64,000 nucleotides of DNA from Gekko japonicus (taxonomy: Eukaryota), in assembly GCF_001447785.1 (NCBI RefSeq), contig NW_015175396.1:165947-229946 (forward strand). The letters are read 5' to 3'. Position numbers and translations under genes: made by a program. The notes under the pieces were generated by a model that was not told where the DNA came from, did not search any database, and saw nothing but the letters and a program-made list of their open reading frames with translations. The first letter of the stretch is position 1. Each line of letters starts with the position of its first letter. This document shows, piece by piece, positions 60,185 through 64,000 of the stretch.

Positions 60185-61051
60185 GTAAGGAGAATACGGC
60201 AATAGCAGCAAATTGATATTAGACATTATATTTATTGTTTTAAATGTTTTTATTGTTATTGCTGTTACCTGCCCTGAACCTGCTTGCAGGGGAGGGAGGG
60301 CTATAAATCAAATATTGTTAGCTACATTTTGAAATAACAATGCAAAGCAATATTGACCTGTGTATGTTCAGAATACTTCCTGGGGGTTTTTTTGGGATTT
60401 TTTGCTAGTGGCCCACTTTGTCCTAAAAGTGGCCACCATGTCCCCCCACTCTGAAGATTTTTCTGTGTTGACCAAATAATGAGAATGAAACCAATATACA
60501 TTTTCTAGGAAATACCAATTTGGCTAATTATGGAATGGGAATAAATTTGACAAAATTAACCAGGGATGGGGGGAGGTTGGTTTATGTGTATGAATTTTGC
60601 TCTGTGAATATACTTTCTGATATGCCCACACAGGGGAAAGAACTTTTCTTTTACTTAGTTCATTTGCAGTCGAGATCGAATAGATTCTAAATATTGACCA
60701 CATAGTTTTAGATTATCCTATATTTTCAGATTTAAGATCAAAATTAATTCTCCCATCACTTGGAGCTGGTTCTGATTCCCCGAAGAGAACATTTCTTGGT
60801 TATTAAGAGATATAGAAAACCGATATACTGTACAGGTGGCCAAATATTTGGCGGTGGTTATAGTGCAGCATATTTAAAGAGCCACCTGTCTGGTTTGTTT
60901 TACCTGCTAGTGTATGCCTGTTCATGATAGTGGTCAAAGGAACAGTAATCTGATTGGACAGTTCATTTTTCTTGAGTTACTAAATGCTGTAGTATTAACA
61001 AAGAATTTGGAATGGAAATTGGGAATAATAGTTTGGATTTTTTCCCTTTAG

Positions 61052-61147
61052 ATCCCAGCTCCCATTACGTCATCACTTTGAAAGCGTATAACAACGTTGG
61101 TGAAGGAATCCCGCTCTACGAAAGTGCAGTGACGAGGGCTTATACAG
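61052..61147 (+). CDS. NEO1: NEO1 exon ~16 (FN4 C-half)
   Basis: tttag|AT CCC: [32 protein letters not shown]; donor G|gtaaag; 96 nt. Confidence 0.96.
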
Positions 61148-62186
61148 GTAAAGGATAAGGCTTGCTCATTTGTTTTGTGGCTCCCAGCGATCAGCCTTGA
61201 ATTTTAAGGTTCAAACTCCCAGTGCGTTTTATGGCTTGCAGAGCTTTTTCTTTCCATGAATATCTTGTTAAACCATATATTAAGCAAAACGTTTAAATCT
61301 GGTTATAGTTTTTTGGAATTTACTTCATAGCTGCTGCCATCACATTTTTACATTGGCCGTAGAGCACAGATTAATGTACACCAATGTGCACAAGCTCTAG
61401 CCTTGTTTCCTACAAAATTTGGCAGTGACTTTTTGTTCATTGTGAACATTTTCTGACATGCTTCAGACACGCCTGATGTATCTCTTAAGTCTCCTGTTCT
61501 TAAAGGCCCGTGTCATACAGCAAACACTGTGGCGTGTATATCACTGTTCCACTTCCAGCCGCAGACTAGGCAGCATGTACGTATGCATGCTATTCTTTAA
61601 GCTGCCCCAGGCATTTAAAGATGGGTGTATATATCCACACTGCTGCGGGAAACACCTGTGAGTACAGTTCTTTGCTGCATAACAGATGTCCCTGCCCTTT
61701 ATCATGTGATGCCCCTGGGTACACTGAAGAATTTGGATAATCTTAGCTGGCCATAAACTGCTAATGCACATACCTAACTCCAGCTGCAAGCAGACTAGCC
61801 CACTAACCTTTGTGCTGCCCGTTATTTACTTTTGCTTCCCGTTGTTGATTCATGTGACTTGAAAGAATTCAGCAGGCCTTTTGGTTTTGAATTTTCTTGC
61901 TGGATCCCAGGTGTCCTGCCTTGGTGTTCCCTCAGTTTTTCTGACTCAAACAAGCAGGTCTTTTCCCTGAAAATATTTTTTTTCTAGTGCTGTATGAGGG
62001 ATACTGGATGCCAGTTCTACCTCTCCCCCCACATCGTTTTGGAGATGGGATAAATTGAAGTTTTAAACCGAGCTGATGCTCAAGAACTAAGGCAGTAAAC
62101 CATTTCAAATGTGTTTGTATTAAGCTTTTGGTGATAGTTGTCATGCCACTTTGTGGCTCTATTTGAGGCATGAGTTTTAAGAAGAG

Positions 62187-62389
62187 ATCAAAATGATCAC
62201 TGAAAACTTTTTTTTCCTGCTGGTCTTGTGTTGCTATTAACTCTGGCTTTTCTCTCTTTTTCTCCATGTCTCACCTTTCATTTCATCGTTATTACCCTGC
62301 ATTTCCCCCCTTTTGTTTTTATTCACATTATAATGCCACCTTCCTTCTTTTTTATTGTAATACCCTACTTTTACCCATCAATTCCTTAG
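62187..62389 (+). promoter_or_regulatory. AG-exclusion zone with YCAY cluster before the exon ~17 alternative acceptors
   Basis: No AG between 62187 and 62387; about 8 YCAY tetramers. Confidence 0.65.
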
Positions 62390-62613
62390 ACACTTCTGAA
62401 GTTGATTTATTTGTTGTTAATGCTCCGTACACTCCAGTGCCAGATCCCTCCCCCATGATGCCACCCGTGGGAGTTCAGGCTTCCATACTGAGCCATGACA
62501 CCATCCGAATCACCTGGGCAGACAACTCTCTGCCAAAGAACCAGAAGGTCTCAGATGCCCGTTACTACACAGTCCGGTGGAAAACCAACATTCCTGCCAA
62601 CACAAAGTACAAG
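62390..62613 (+). CDS. NEO1: NEO1 exon ~17 (FN4-FN5 linker, FN5 N-half); alternative acceptors at 62390 (long) and 62438 (short)
   Basis: cttag|AC ACT adds [16 protein letters not shown] in frame before ccag|TG CCA GAT ([10 protein letters not shown]...NIPANTKYK); donor gtaatg; 224 or 176 nt. Confidence 0.94.
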
Positions 62614-62644
62614 GTAATGATAACACTGTGGGACTGCATTAACA

Positions 62645-63085
62645 CAGGGGTGTCAAACATAAGGCCCGGGGGCCAGAACCGGCCCGTCCGTCCAGGGCTC
62701 TTACACGGCCCGCGAGCAACTAGTGCAAGGGAAGGAACAGGAGACTGCCTGTGGGGTGGGGGAGTAGACGGAGCCACTCTGATTGTGGCTTCAGCATGGT
62801 GGAACAACCTAATCTGCAGCAGCCAAGCAGTGTGGGAGTGTCTGCCCAGGGCTGCACCGCTGGCTCTCCAGTCCGCCCATACGGGTTTTCCTTTACACAC
62901 CCCTCCCAGCCCATGAGGCCTTGCAGTGAGGATACACCAACTCGGAGCTTACCAGCTGCTGTCCTTTTGACAGTTTAATATCTCTGGTAGCTGGCATTAA
63001 TTTTATGGCACACATGACCTGGCCCGACAAAGTGACATTTAGGTCAGATATCTGGCCCTCATGACAAATGAGTTCGACACCTCTG
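62645..63085. mobile_element. hAT-Charlie-like MITE 31 nt after the exon ~17 donor
   Basis: TIR CAGGGGTGTCAAAC/GTTCGACACCTCTG; perfect TSD CATTAACA at 62637-62644 and 63086-63093. Confidence 0.88.
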
Positions 63086-64000
63086 CATTAACATGTTGGT
63101 TTCCTGGGTATGGCTGGCATGTTTGGTTTCACCAATGAATCTCTATGACTGGCTCATGCATCATTGTCTTCGGTTATGCAGCTGCATTGTCCACAGGGTT
63201 GAGTAACATGTCTTAACATTGAAATAACGTCAAAGTCACCTCAGCACTACAGGATTCATCTTGAGTGGGAAAGGGTGGCTTAGCTGTTTCATGGGTGTAG
63301 TGCAACCATGGTTCCTGTGAGTGCCATGGCGCTTGCTGACACCTTTCCTGGCACCCACCAAGTGCTTTCAGAAAGTGGGTGGGGCTTGATGGAGCTTTTC
63401 CCCAGCAGGGTTTCTGATTGGCTCTGCAGATCCTGTTAAACAGAGCGTCTGCCTGTGGTGTTGAAGAGGTGTATATAGCCTTGTTCCCTGACATTTTGTG
63501 GTTGGCTCCGCTTTCTGTGGCAGACATTTGGTGATTGTATCCACCAACTCGTGTCAGAATACCAAAGGTGACTGCAGGCTGAGAAGGGTTGGGGGATCCC
63601 TGATTTAGTGCCTACAGTGGCGAAAAGCGAGGACCCGCCTTTGGCTCTTCTTGCTCAGCACCGAAAAACATTTTGATAAGTCTGTGGGATTTCTCGCATA
63701 GTGCACCATTTGGGAAACGTAAATAGTTTTATTAGATAGTCGAGTTATATATCATAGGCCTATCTCTAGGGTGTCCAATGACAGAACATTGGACTGAGAC
63801 AGTTTTAAATATACCCCTTTAAAGTATAACTTGCATGCCCTAGGAGAGCCAATTAGGGAAAAATTGACTCAGTTTGGCAACCATTTCTGGAGTAGGTTCC
63901 CTAATTAAGCCCAGACTTCTGGCTGATTTTCATCCGTGTACAAAAAGTGGTTTTAAAAAGCTCTGCCTTTTCTTTCTTCCCTTAAATTGGTTATATCTAG

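Larger units (their letters stand above)
14147..62613 (+). other. NEO1: Neogenin gene, internal portion (15 coding exons; start and stop outside the window)
   Basis: Spliced exons give a continuous Ig-Ig-Ig-FN3x4.5 protein matching recalled neogenin sequence (e.g. [52 protein letters not shown]). These motifs distinguish it from DCC. All introns are GT-AG with compatible phases. Confidence 0.97.

Noticed and set aside
14147-62613. DCC as the gene identity
   Set aside because: Exon peptides and both alternative inserts match neogenin rather than DCC.

Overview
Vertebrate genomic DNA, most likely a squamate (gecko-like), judging by Sauria SINEs, a 5S-derived SINE and RTE/CR1/L2 content. The window holds 15 consecutive internal + strand coding exons of neogenin (NEO1; Ig2 to the first half of FN3 domain 5, about exons 3-17). 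All have canonical AG/GT boundaries and consistent phases, except one exon whose apparent frameshift is best explained by an N gap of 59 where 63 nt are expected. Two exons have in-frame alternative acceptors (+60 nt, +48 nt) preceded by long AG-exclusion zones. The introns are a dense, often nested record of transposons: a DIRS tyrosine-recombinase retrotransposon (RT/RNaseH/methyltransferase/YR with ICR and right terminal repeat), two older DIRS remnants, a 553-bp mini-DIRS with split-direct-repeat topology, RTE, RTEX, CR1 and L2 LINEs, Penelope-like fragments carrying minimal hammerhead ribozyme motifs (all recognisable cores antisense to NEO1), two GC-rich Helitron-like elements, and hAT/Harbinger MITEs with clear TIRs and TSDs. 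I found no convincing novel protein-coding system. The most interesting items are the mini-DIRS architecture, the hammerhead strand bias and the splice-regulatory architecture. Exon numbers and family names come from recall, not database searches.
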